This document shows positions 42,790 through 51,202 of a stretch of DNA of 64,000 nucleotides, one piece after another. Source of the DNA: Candidatus Brocadiia bacterium (lineage in GTDB: Bacteria; Planctomycetota; Brocadiia; SM23-32); the NCBI GenBank assembly GCA_046483385.1, contig JAWODG010000152.1, forward strand, positions 9,744 to 73,743, written 5' to 3'. The notes under the pieces were generated by a model. It was not told the DNA's origin. It saw only the letters and a list, made by a program, of their open reading frames with translations, and did no database searches. The translations under genes were made by a program, and so were the position numbers. Position 1 is the stretch's first letter; each line of letters begins with the position of its first letter.

Positions 42790-44199
42790 ATGGCCGATCG
42801 CGTCGTCAGAACGTTGTTCATCGGCGCCGTGGCGCTGGCGGGCCTGGTTCTCGCGGGATGTCGCGTGAATCCGGTGACGGGCACCCGCGAGTTCATGCTC
42901 GTGCCGGAATCCCAGGAGGTCCAGCTCGGCCATCGGAACCACCCCGACATCATCTTCATGTACGACGGGGAATACCACGACCCCGAGCTGAACCGGTATC
43001 TGGGCACCATCGTCATGCGGCTGCACGAGGTCTCGCATCGGCCCGAGATGCCGATGGAGTTCACAATGCTGAACACCTCGGTCATCAACGCTTTCGCCAC
43101 TCCGGCGCACGTTTACGCGACGCGGGGCTTCCTGTCCCGGCTGGAGAACGAGGCGCAGTTCGCCGCCGTCATGGGCCATGAGTTGACTCACGTGGCCGCC
43201 GGGCACTCCGCCAAACGGCTGAGCAACAACCTGCTGGTCTCGCTGGCTGTCGGCGCGGCGGACTTGGCGGTCGGCGAGTCGGGAATCGGTCAACTGGCCG
43301 TGGGCGCCGGCCAGGCGGGCATCACGCTGCTGGGGCTCTCCTACAGTCGAGATCAGGAACGCCAGGCGGACCGGGTCGGCACCTACTACATGGCGCTGGC
43401 CGGCTGGGACCCGCAGCAGTCCGTCACGATGCAGAAACTGCTGCAGTCTTTCAACGAAAGGGAGCCGATGATCCTGGACCGCTATCTCTCCACCCACCCC
43501 ATGTCGGATGACCGCATTCAGCAGATCCGGGCGGTTATTCAGCAGAAGGAACTCGACTCGGGCTACGTTCAGGGCGACGGGGTATACGAGGATCGCTGGG
43601 ACCGCCGCCTGACGCGCCTGAGACAGGTGGACAAAGACTTCGAGCCGTATGACAGGGGCATGGAGATGCTCTCGCAGAAGCGGTTCGACGAGGCGCTCGG
43701 GGCGGCCAACCAGGCCATCGCCAACCGGGACGACCAGGCCCCGTTCTTCCGGCTGAAGGGGGACGCCCTGCTGGGACTGGGCATGATCGACCAGGCCAAG
43801 ACAGCCTACCGGCGCTCGCTGCAGGTGGACGAGCGATACGTCCTGGCCAACATCGGGCTGGGGCGCGCCTACCTGGCCGAGGGCAACCAGGAAGCCGCCG
43901 AACAGGAGTTTGAGAAGGCGGCCCGTGACTACCCCGGCAGCGCAACGGCCCTGTATGGCCTGGGGACGGCACGCTTCAACCAGCGACGCTACGAGGAGGC
44001 CATCCTGCCGCTTCAGAACGTCGCCGCCGCCGCGCCCGGCAACCCGCAGCCGCATTACATGCTCGCCGTCAGCTACGACAAACTGGGGGAGACCGCGCGG
44101 GCTTACGAAGCTTATCAGAACGCGCTGGCGGCGGGGCTCGGGGGCGAGGACCGCGTCCACGCCGAGACCCGCGTGGAGTCCCTCACCCCCACCCGCTGA
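42790..44199 (+). CDS. M48 family metallopeptidase with C-terminal TPR repeats (BepA-like lipoprotein)
   Basis: It has the lipobox LVLAGC and the zinc motif HELTHVAAGH, with a downstream E (RDQERQADR). The C-terminal TPR repeats include ALGAANQAIA.., AKTAYRRSLQVD.., and AEQEFEKAARDYP... Confidence 0.85.
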   Translation: MADRVVRTLFIGAVALAGLVLAGCRVNPVTGTREFMLVPESQEVQLGHRNHPDIIFMYDGEYHDPELNRYLGTIVMRLHEVSHRPEMPMEFTMLNTSVINAFATPAHVYATRGFLSRLENEAQFAAVMGHELTHVAAGHSAKRLSNNLLVSLAVGAADLAVGESGIGQLAVGAGQAGITLLGLSYSRDQERQADRVGTYYMALAGWDPQQSVTMQKLLQSFNEREPMILDRYLSTHPMSDDRIQQIRAVIQQKELDSGYVQGDGVYEDRWDRRLTRLRQVDKDFEPYDRGMEMLSQKRFDEALGAANQAIANRDDQAPFFRLKGDALLGLGMIDQAKTAYRRSLQVDERYVLANIGLGRAYLAEGNQEAAEQEFEKAARDYPGSATALYGLGTARFNQRRYEEAILPLQNVAAAAPGNPQPHYMLAVSYDKLGETARAYEAYQNALAAGLGGEDRVHAETRVESLTPTR

Positions 44200-44217
44200 C
44201 CGGCGTACTACGGACCA

Positions 44218-44246
44218 TTGGCATGTCGAGCCAGGGCCGCTACAAT
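44218..44246 (+). promoter_or_regulatory. Sigma70-like promoter of the isomerase-oxidoreductase pair
   Basis: TTGGCA-N17-TACAAT, about 45 nt upstream of the ATG at 44294, which is preceded by GGAGGAG. Confidence 0.55.
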
Positions 44247-44293
44247 CCCACCGGAAACGCATTCATGCCGCTGCCATTGGAGGAGCTGCCGCC

Positions 44294-45130
44294 ATGCTGT
44301 GGGGCTACGCGAACGGATGGTATCCAGAGTTCCTGACTCGCGACGAGGACGAACTTTACGCCAAACTGAAGTTCCTGATGGACCATGACCTGCAGGAGAC
44401 GGGCGTTGCGCTGGACGAAATCGCCGCGCTGACCGACGAGGAACGCGACCGGCTCGGCGCGTTCCTCGAGGACAATGACCTGCACCTGACGCCGTCGGTC
44501 TGGTTCGATTACCTGAACACCGATGAGGACGAAGCGCGCCGGAAGGCGGAGGAGATCGCGGAAGACCTGCGGACCTGCGGCCCCGTGATGCGGGCGTGGT
44601 CCGTGATGACGAAGGCCGGCGCCGGCCACCGATTCGACCGGAACCCGCCCCTCGAGGAGAAGCTGGAGCGCCTCTGCCGTTCCATGGCGCCGCTGGCGCA
44701 GACCTGCCACGAGCTGGACATGCCCCTGATGATCGACACGCAGGGCGATTTCTACTCGGCCGACTTCGTGCAGATGTGCGAGAAAGTCCCGCACCTGTAC
44801 GCACACGTGGACACGGCCAACCTCTTCTGGGCCTGCGAGCGCATCCGGCCCGCGTTTGAGCGATTGGCTCCCTACGTGATCGGCACGCACTGGCGCGACG
44901 AACGCATCACCATCGGCAACCGCAAGCCGCGGGGCGTGCTGCTGCACAACTGCGTGACCGGGCAGGGGGACGTTCCGTTGCGGGAACTCTACCCGGTCCT
45001 GATGGAGAAGGCGCCCGACCCGGACCGGCTCGTGATGCAGCTCGAGATGTTCGGCCCGCGCGAGATGGACCCGCGCGAGTGCCTCGAGCAGTCGCTCGCT
45101 TTCTTCCGCAGCTTCAGGGAGGAGAACTGA
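44294..45130 (+). CDS. Sugar phosphate isomerase/epimerase-like TIM-barrel protein (xylose isomerase-like fold)
   Basis: ORF 43910..45130 trimmed to the ATG at 44294, because the upstream part overlaps the M48 gene. It is 278 aa, and segments such as LYAHVDTANLFWA and IGTHWRDE resemble the metal-binding strands of this fold. The assignment is tentative. Confidence 0.5.
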   Translation: MLWGYANGWYPEFLTRDEDELYAKLKFLMDHDLQETGVALDEIAALTDEERDRLGAFLEDNDLHLTPSVWFDYLNTDEDEARRKAEEIAEDLRTCGPVMRAWSVMTKAGAGHRFDRNPPLEEKLERLCRSMAPLAQTCHELDMPLMIDTQGDFYSADFVQMCEKVPHLYAHVDTANLFWACERIRPAFERLAPYVIGTHWRDERITIGNRKPRGVLLHNCVTGQGDVPLRELYPVLMEKAPDPDRLVMQLEMFGPREMDPRECLEQSLAFFRSFREEN

Positions 45131-46200
45131 TGAGCGCCGACACGGAAGGACAACTCAAGGCCGCCGTAGTGGGCGCCGGACGTATGTGCCGGCGCCACGC
45201 CGCCGCAATGGCCGAGAGCGGGGAGTTCATTCTGAGCGCAGTCTGCGACATCTCCGAGCAGGCCGCGCGGGAGGCCGCCGGCGAGCTGGACGCCGCGCCC
45301 TACACCGACCTGGAGGAGATGCTGGCCGCCGAACGGCCCGACGTCGTCACCATCGCCACCCCCGGTGCCACACACGCTGACCTGACTGAACGGGTGGCGT
45401 CCGCCGGCGTGTGCGGCATCTGCTGCGAGAAGCCCATGGCGACCTCCCTGGGCGACGGGCGACGGATGGTGCGTGCCTGCCGGGAGAACGACGTCGCCCT
45501 CATCGTGAACCACCAGCGCCGGATGGGGGAGGACCTGACCTGCATGCGCCGCATGATAGAGGAGGGGGCGATCGGCAAGCTGCGGTTGCTGCGGGGCTCC
45601 TGCGCCGGGGATCTGCTGACGGACGGCACTCACCTGGTCAACTCCCTCCGCCACCTGGCCGGGGATGAGGAGGCGGAATGGGTTCTGGGGCAGGTGCACC
45701 GCAGGAAGCCCGACCCCTCGGAGCCGAAAAGCACCAATACCAAGAAGTCCGGAGGATATCGCTACGGCTATCCGGTTGAAGACGGCGCCGTGGCCGTGGT
45801 GGGCCTCAAGTCGGGGCTGCGCATCGAGCTGTTCACGGGGGACGCGCGCCTTCAGGACCGCCCGTATCAGGACTACGAAGCTGTGGGGACCACGGGAAGG
45901 CTCTGGCGCGAAGGGGACAACGGCGAGCCACCGCTGCGCATCCTGGACGACTATGAAGCCGGATGGCGCCCCGCCCCGCTCGGGGATGCCGAACCGGCCG
46001 CGATGACGCGCAGCTACCTGGCTTTCGCCCGCACCCTGCGGGAAGGGACGCCCCACCCCCTGGCGGGCGAGTCCGTGCTGAATGGGCTGGAGATAATCAC
46101 TGCGATCCACGAATCCGCCCGGACCAACCGGTGTATTGAGCTGCCGGTTGAACAGGAAGCCTATCCGCTGGCACTGATGCTGGAGGCGCGCCGGCTCTGA
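45130..46200 (+). CDS. Gfo/Idh/MocA family oxidoreductase
   Basis: A TGATG overlap joins it to the preceding gene. It has the Rossmann motif LKAAVVGAGRMCRRHA and the EKP motif (ICCEKPMA). Confidence 0.8.
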   Translation: MSADTEGQLKAAVVGAGRMCRRHAAAMAESGEFILSAVCDISEQAAREAAGELDAAPYTDLEEMLAAERPDVVTIATPGATHADLTERVASAGVCGICCEKPMATSLGDGRRMVRACRENDVALIVNHQRRMGEDLTCMRRMIEEGAIGKLRLLRGSCAGDLLTDGTHLVNSLRHLAGDEEAEWVLGQVHRRKPDPSEPKSTNTKKSGGYRYGYPVEDGAVAVVGLKSGLRIELFTGDARLQDRPYQDYEAVGTTGRLWREGDNGEPPLRILDDYEAGWRPAPLGDAEPAAMTRSYLAFARTLREGTPHPLAGESVLNGLEIITAIHESARTNRCIELPVEQEAYPLALMLEARRL

Positions 46201-46232
46201 CGGATTCCCGAGGTGGGCCGGTGCAAGACGGC

Positions 46233-46262
46233 TTGACGGCGGCGCCCCGGCGCATCTATGCT
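46233..46262 (+). promoter_or_regulatory. Sigma70-like promoter of the ligase/ATP-grasp pair
   Basis: TTGACG-N18-TATGCT, about 35 nt upstream of the GTG at 46298, which is preceded by AAGGGGG. Confidence 0.4.
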
Positions 46263-46297
46263 GCCGTTTCTGCGGTTAGGCTGCAAAGGGGGTTTGT

Positions 46298-47638
46298 GTG
46301 CCGGGACTGTCTACCATTGTGTCCGCCGTGCGCTCGGTCCTCTGCTACCGGCGTCTACGGCCGCGGCAGTTGCAGGCCCACCGCGACCGGGCCGTCCGGC
46401 GACTGATCCGGCATGCCTACGGGAAGGTGCCTTACTACCGGCGCCTGATGGACGGACAAGGCGTCCGCCCGGAGGACATCCGCGGTGCGGCGGACCTCTG
46501 CCGGATTCCGGTGACCGACCGGAACACGCTTCAGGAGTTGGCTCCCGATGAGATCACCGCGCGCGGAACTAGCCCCGACCGACTCAAGAGAACACGCACG
46601 AGTGGAGCCACCGGCAAGCCAATCTCCATCCGCCGCACGTGGTGGGAACAGCGCCTTCACAGTCTGTTCTGGCTCCGCGCGCGGCACTACTTTGGTCTGC
46701 GGCCCACTGATCGCGTCGCCTCCATCTCCTTCATACGCAGCGGACCCGGCCACGGCCTGCAGTTGCACCAGATACCGCTGCGGGCGCTGGGCCTTTACCG
46801 CAAGCACCGCATCGACTGCTGCCTGCAGGCCGACGAGATCGCGGACGCCCTCTACGAGCTGCGTCCCGACTGGGTCGGGGGTCAGGCCGGGGCGGTGGCA
46901 CGTGTCGGGCGGTTTCTCATGGAGGACCCGCGACCGCCGCTCCGCCCGCGGGCCGTGGCGGCGGGAGGCCAGATGATCACCCCGGGCATCCGCCGCGATA
47001 TCGTCCACGGCTTCGACGCTCCCTTCTTTACAGCCTATGCCAGTCACGAGTTCGGGCTGATAGCGTGGGAATGCGAACAGACCGGGGAGCTGCACGTCTG
47101 CGACGACAGCCTGGTCCTCGAACTTCTGCAGGACGGGCGGCCCGTGGGGCCCGGCGAGCGCGGGGAGGTGGTGGGCACCGACCTGCTCTCCTACGCAATG
47201 CCTTTCATTCGCTACTCTCTCGGCGACCTTGCCGTCAGGGGAGGCTCCGCCTGTCCGTGTGGACTGCCCTTCAGCACCATCGAGCGGATCGAGGGGCGGA
47301 CGGTCGATTTCTTCCCCTTGCCCGACGGCCGAACGCTTCATCCCTATCGTGTGGTTGGCGCATTCCTGGATATCGCGCCCTGGGTCCGTCGCTATCAACT
47401 GGTGCAGGAGGCGACCGACCGGATATGGCTCCGGATCGTGCCCTACCGAACGCCCACGCCCGAACAACTCGAGCGTGTGGATGGCAAGATTCGGCCCATC
47501 CTCGGACCGGAGGTGGATTTCCGCATCGAGCTTACCGACGACCCCGACATTCCGCCGGGCGAGAAGTACCGGATTCTGCGCTCTCGCGTGACCGAAGCCG
47601 TGGACGGCTCCACAGAAACGCAGGGGGCCGGCGACTGA
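46298..47638 (+). CDS. Phenylacetate-CoA ligase / coenzyme F390 synthetase-like adenylate-forming enzyme
   Basis: 446 aa. It has the N-terminal helical region with YYRRLMDGQGVRPEDIRGAADLCRIPVTDRNTLQE, typical of the PaaK/CapK family, and the acyl-adenylate P-loop TSGATGKP. Confidence 0.72.
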   Translation: MPGLSTIVSAVRSVLCYRRLRPRQLQAHRDRAVRRLIRHAYGKVPYYRRLMDGQGVRPEDIRGAADLCRIPVTDRNTLQELAPDEITARGTSPDRLKRTRTSGATGKPISIRRTWWEQRLHSLFWLRARHYFGLRPTDRVASISFIRSGPGHGLQLHQIPLRALGLYRKHRIDCCLQADEIADALYELRPDWVGGQAGAVARVGRFLMEDPRPPLRPRAVAAGGQMITPGIRRDIVHGFDAPFFTAYASHEFGLIAWECEQTGELHVCDDSLVLELLQDGRPVGPGERGEVVGTDLLSYAMPFIRYSLGDLAVRGGSACPCGLPFSTIERIEGRTVDFFPLPDGRTLHPYRVVGAFLDIAPWVRRYQLVQEATDRIWLRIVPYRTPTPEQLERVDGKIRPILGPEVDFRIELTDDPDIPPGEKYRILRSRVTEAVDGSTETQGAGD

Positions 47639-49029
47639 TGTCTCAGAGGCCAGCTCCAAGCGCCAGCAACCCCCCGCTTACCCCCGACCCCTATCCGGGC
47701 CAAGCGGATACGGTGCGCGTCTTCCTCCACGGCATAATGTCCAGCCCCAACAGCTCCGGGCTGGAGGATGTCCTGACCTGCCTACCGGGTTACGCGGAGC
47801 GGGCACTTCTCGTCGCACGCCCTTGGGACGTCGTTTGCCTCCATTCTCCTCCGGACTCTGACTTCCTCGATTACCTGCGCAGCCTCGGCGTAGGGCCCGA
47901 GCCCGGGCGCGTGGTTTCGCCCACTGCCGAAGGGCCGACGCTGGCCGACCGTCTGGTCCGCGACAAAGACGCCGTTGCCCGGATTGCCCGACTGATAGGG
48001 GGTCGACCGGCGCTGCTGGACTCTTTCTACGCCTCTCCCGCCGAGATTCGGCTGGCAAGGATGCTCGAGGCCGAGCTTGGCCGATCCGTCCCGACGCTCG
48101 GCGGCCCGCCGGACGTGGCCCTGCGCGTCTATTACAAGCACATCGTACGGCGCGCGGCCCTCCGGCTGGGCATACCCGTGGCCCCCGGCGAAGTCGTGGA
48201 GCTGCCGACCGATCCGGATGGCTCCCCGTCGGACGTGGAGCCCCTGCGCCGCGCCGTTCAGCGCCACCTGGACCGGACGGGCCGCGTGATAGTTCGCGGG
48301 GCCCTCGGCGCGTCCGGCTGCGCCACGCACGTCATCAACAGTTCGCCCGGTTCCCTGTCCAGCGCGCTCGAAGCGGTCAGAGCGCAGAATGTCAACAGCA
48401 CCTTCGTCGTCAACGTCATGTTCGACCTGACGGCCTCTCCCAACGTGCAGTTCTTCATAGCGCCTGATGATGGCGCCATCACTACGCTGGCCCTCACCGA
48501 CCAGCGGTTCGACCGGACCGGCCGCTACGACGGCAACATCTATCCGGCCCCGGTGCGTAACGCTGAAGCCATGGTTCGGGCTGTCCGCAAGGTGGCCGCC
48601 TGGCTGCGCGACGCCGGTTACCGCGGCCTGGGCGGCTGCGATTTCTGTGAGTACCGGGAACCCGCGACCGGCGAGATTCGGTGGTTCCTGGCGGAATTGA
48701 ACGCGCGCATCAACGGCGCGACGTACCCCATGGCGCTCGCCGGGCATCTGAACCGGCGCGCCGAAGCCCAAGGTCACCCGACCGTCGGAGCGTTCCTGAC
48801 GGGCAGCGTGCAAAGCACCGCTCCCTCCTTCGGCGAGCTGCTCGAAGACCTGGAGGGCTTCCTCTTCCGGCTCGCGGAGGCGCGTGGCATCGTGCCCCAT
48901 AGTGCGGCCATGCTACCGGAAGGCAAGTTCAACATCGTCGTGCTCGGACGCACGCGTGGCGAAGTTGAGGAGATACACAGGGATTTCTGCGGTGCGTGGG
49001 AGTGCGAGAGGAGCCGCTACAACTCGTGA
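47638..49029 (+). CDS. ATP-grasp domain protein (PGM1-like peptide/amide ligase with pre-ATP-grasp N-domain)
   Basis: ORF 47065..49029 trimmed to the ATG at 47638, which forms a TGATG overlap with the ligase gene. It has the C-terminal ATP-grasp metal/ATP motif FLAELNARINGATYP, preceded by GLGGCDF. The N-terminal ~150 aa are a non-grasp domain. Confidence 0.62.
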   Translation: MSQRPAPSASNPPLTPDPYPGQADTVRVFLHGIMSSPNSSGLEDVLTCLPGYAERALLVARPWDVVCLHSPPDSDFLDYLRSLGVGPEPGRVVSPTAEGPTLADRLVRDKDAVARIARLIGGRPALLDSFYASPAEIRLARMLEAELGRSVPTLGGPPDVALRVYYKHIVRRAALRLGIPVAPGEVVELPTDPDGSPSDVEPLRRAVQRHLDRTGRVIVRGALGASGCATHVINSSPGSLSSALEAVRAQNVNSTFVVNVMFDLTASPNVQFFIAPDDGAITTLALTDQRFDRTGRYDGNIYPAPVRNAEAMVRAVRKVAAWLRDAGYRGLGGCDFCEYREPATGEIRWFLAELNARINGATYPMALAGHLNRRAEAQGHPTVGAFLTGSVQSTAPSFGELLEDLEGFLFRLAEARGIVPHSAAMLPEGKFNIVVLGRTRGEVEEIHRDFCGAWECERSRYNS

Positions 49030-49838
49030 CCCCCGCGCGCGGGCACCAGGTAGGCGCGGCGGGAGACCTCCTGGAAGTCCAGCTTCTCGGCCACGCGGAG
49101 CGACGCATAATTGTCCTCCGTGCTGCTCCACACGGGCGTCCTTCCGTTCTCCTGCGCCCAGCGCGCCACAAGGGAAGCCGCGGCGGTAGCGAAGCCCCGG
49201 TTCCGCCACGGCGGCAAGGTCACCGCACCGATTTCGGCGTGTCGCGCGGTCAGGGCATAGGTCTGAGCAATGGCGACGACGTGGCCGGCGATCACCGCGG
49301 CCGCTGCCCCGCCCTGCTGCAGCAATCGCTCGACCCCTCCGAAGGCGTTCTGGCTCAGCTCGGGGTCGGCGCCGGCCAGAAGCTCCGCGTCCGCTTCGCT
49401 CAACATGCGCACGACGGAATGAGGACGGGGACGAACGGGCCGGTTCAGCGTGTGGTATATCTCGCCGTAGACGTGGACGTCACACTCCATGTGGACGCGC
49501 ATCACATCCTCCAGCGCCAGCATAATGGGGGCAGCCACGTTGATGCACTGCCAGCCGTCAACGCAGCAGAGCACGTCCCAGAGAATCCTCGGATCGTCCC
49601 CCCATCCGTATGGCTCGCCGGGGCGAAAGGACAGTTGCACGACGGCGGCCTCCGGCCGGTCCGGAGGCCCGGCCGCCCAGGCCTCGCAGCAGCCGCGCCG
49701 CAGCATGTGCACGGCCATGGCGGTCTCCGGCGTGTCGCCCAGGGCCCGGGCCAGGCACAGACGCCCCTCGGGACCCAGAGGCCGGTATTCCGCCGACTCA
49801 ATCGAATAGGACACTCCCCGCCCTCCCTCCAGCGACAT
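49017..49838 (-). CDS. GNAT family N-acetyltransferase (two-domain)
   Basis: ORF 49017..49943 trimmed to the ATG at 49838. The C-terminal half has GNAT motif A (VTLPPWRNRGFATAAASLVARW) and ..NYASLRVAEKLDF. Its 3' end overlaps the ATP-grasp gene by 13 nt. Confidence 0.6.
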   Translation of the reverse strand: MSLEGGRGVSYSIESAEYRPLGPEGRLCLARALGDTPETAMAVHMLRRGCCEAWAAGPPDRPEAAVVQLSFRPGEPYGWGDDPRILWDVLCCVDGWQCINVAAPIMLALEDVMRVHMECDVHVYGEIYHTLNRPVRPRPHSVVRMLSEADAELLAGADPELSQNAFGGVERLLQQGGAAAAVIAGHVVAIAQTYALTARHAEIGAVTLPPWRNRGFATAAASLVARWAQENGRTPVWSSTEDNYASLRVAEKLDFQEVSRRAYLVPARGGHEL

Positions 49839-50033
49839 GCGTTCCTGCCGGCGCCCCTCCGCAAAGCGCCGTGCCCCACACCGCCCGGGGTGGACAGAGT
49901 ATAGCGCAGCGGGGCACAGAAAGGAACCCCAAAAATGGCACACGGTTTACAGGCCGTCCTCCCCCTTGCAAGCGGACCGGCCCGTGAGGTACACATGGTG
50001 ACGTCACTGTCCCGCCGTCTCTGACCCGCGAGC

Positions 50034-50891
50034 ATGCTCATGGCAAGATCCACCGGCTCCCGATGGGCACGTCTCAGGCTCCTGCTGAGCCTGCTCGCGG
50101 TGGCCGCCTTCCTGTTCCTGATGCCGGCACGGTTTACGGCCCCATTGAGGGTTCTTTTCACCGAGGTCACCGGTCCGGTGGAGACCCCCCTCTACCAGGC
50201 GTCCGGCCGGGCCCTGTCCGCCTCCGGCACGCTGACGGAGATGTTCATGCGAGAGGACCGGGAGCGGGCGCTGGCCCGGGAGCTGGAGAGTTTGCGCAAC
50301 CGCAACGCGCGCCTGCAGGAAGAGTTGCTGCGGCGCCAGATGCGCCTGGACGATGTCGAGAAACTGGAACTCAAGCAGTTCGCCTTCCGGGCCCTACACG
50401 CGCCGGTCAGCGCCTACGACACCACGGCCACGTCGCGCAGCGTCGCGGTCCGAGCGGGCACCTCAGACGGGGTCGAGGAGGGCCAGGCCGCCGCGGCCTT
50501 CGGCGCCATGGTCGGCATCGTCCGGGAGGTCGGCCCCTACCAGTGCCGCGTGCGGCTGATTACCGACCCACGCAGCGTGGTTCCCTGTCGGATGCCCCAA
50601 ACGCGGGCCCTCTGCCTGGTAGTGGGCACGGGGACCGACACCTGCCGGGTCGAATGGGTGGAGCGGGACGCCTTCATCGAGAAGGGTGACGTGCTGTCGG
50701 CCACGTCGCTGGAAGTCGAGCCGGCGCCGGGGCTGATGCTGCCCGATGGACTGCCGGTCGCCACGGTCCAGGCGGTCGCGCCCGACGAGATGCGGCCGCT
50801 TTTCTACAAGGTGGACGCGGCGCCGCGTGTAGATCTGGCGCGACTGGAAGAGGTGGACATCCTCATCCCCGAGGGGCCGCAGCCTGACTGA
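50034..50891 (+). CDS. mreC: Rod shape-determining protein MreC-like
   Basis: It has an N-terminal TM helix, a coiled coil (LESLRNRNARLQEELLRRQMRL) and beta-barrel domains with G..VG.V..V......V.LITD motifs (GAMVGIVREVGPYQCRVRLITDPRS). Confidence 0.68.
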   Translation: MLMARSTGSRWARLRLLLSLLAVAAFLFLMPARFTAPLRVLFTEVTGPVETPLYQASGRALSASGTLTEMFMREDRERALARELESLRNRNARLQEELLRRQMRLDDVEKLELKQFAFRALHAPVSAYDTTATSRSVAVRAGTSDGVEEGQAAAAFGAMVGIVREVGPYQCRVRLITDPRSVVPCRMPQTRALCLVVGTGTDTCRVEWVERDAFIEKGDVLSATSLEVEPAPGLMLPDGLPVATVQAVAPDEMRPLFYKVDAAPRVDLARLEEVDILIPEGPQPD

Positions 50892-50934
50892 CCGGCCGCA
50901 TCTGGCCGGCTCGTGTGTGGAGGCCCCCAGGGCC

Positions 50935-51195
50935 CAACGACCGGAACGGCGAAGGTGAATAAGAGCACGAAGATGACCAACGACGGACAGCCACACACCG
51001 TCCGGACCGTGGCAACGCTCGCGCGGGTGACGCACCGGGTCGGAGATGCTTCGGCCAGCAGTAAGCCTCGCCTCAGCGTGACACCCACCGGGCCATAACC
51101 CCTGTGACCGACCGCCCCGGGAGTCGGGGACAGCAACAGGTGCGCGCCGTCAGCCATACGGCGAGCAAGCGCATGAAGGGACGGCAGACCGCACA
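50935..51195. repeat. Mosaic REP-like element 3' of the GH15-like gene
   Basis: It contains GGGTCGGAGAT (51037-51047) and CGGCGAGCAAG (51159-51169), which are exact 11-mers shared with the 39.7/39.9-kb and 21.9/40.1-kb copies. It also has a CCCCG-GGAGT-CGGGG hairpin. Confidence 0.6.
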
Positions 51196-51202
51196 ACGGT
51201 CC

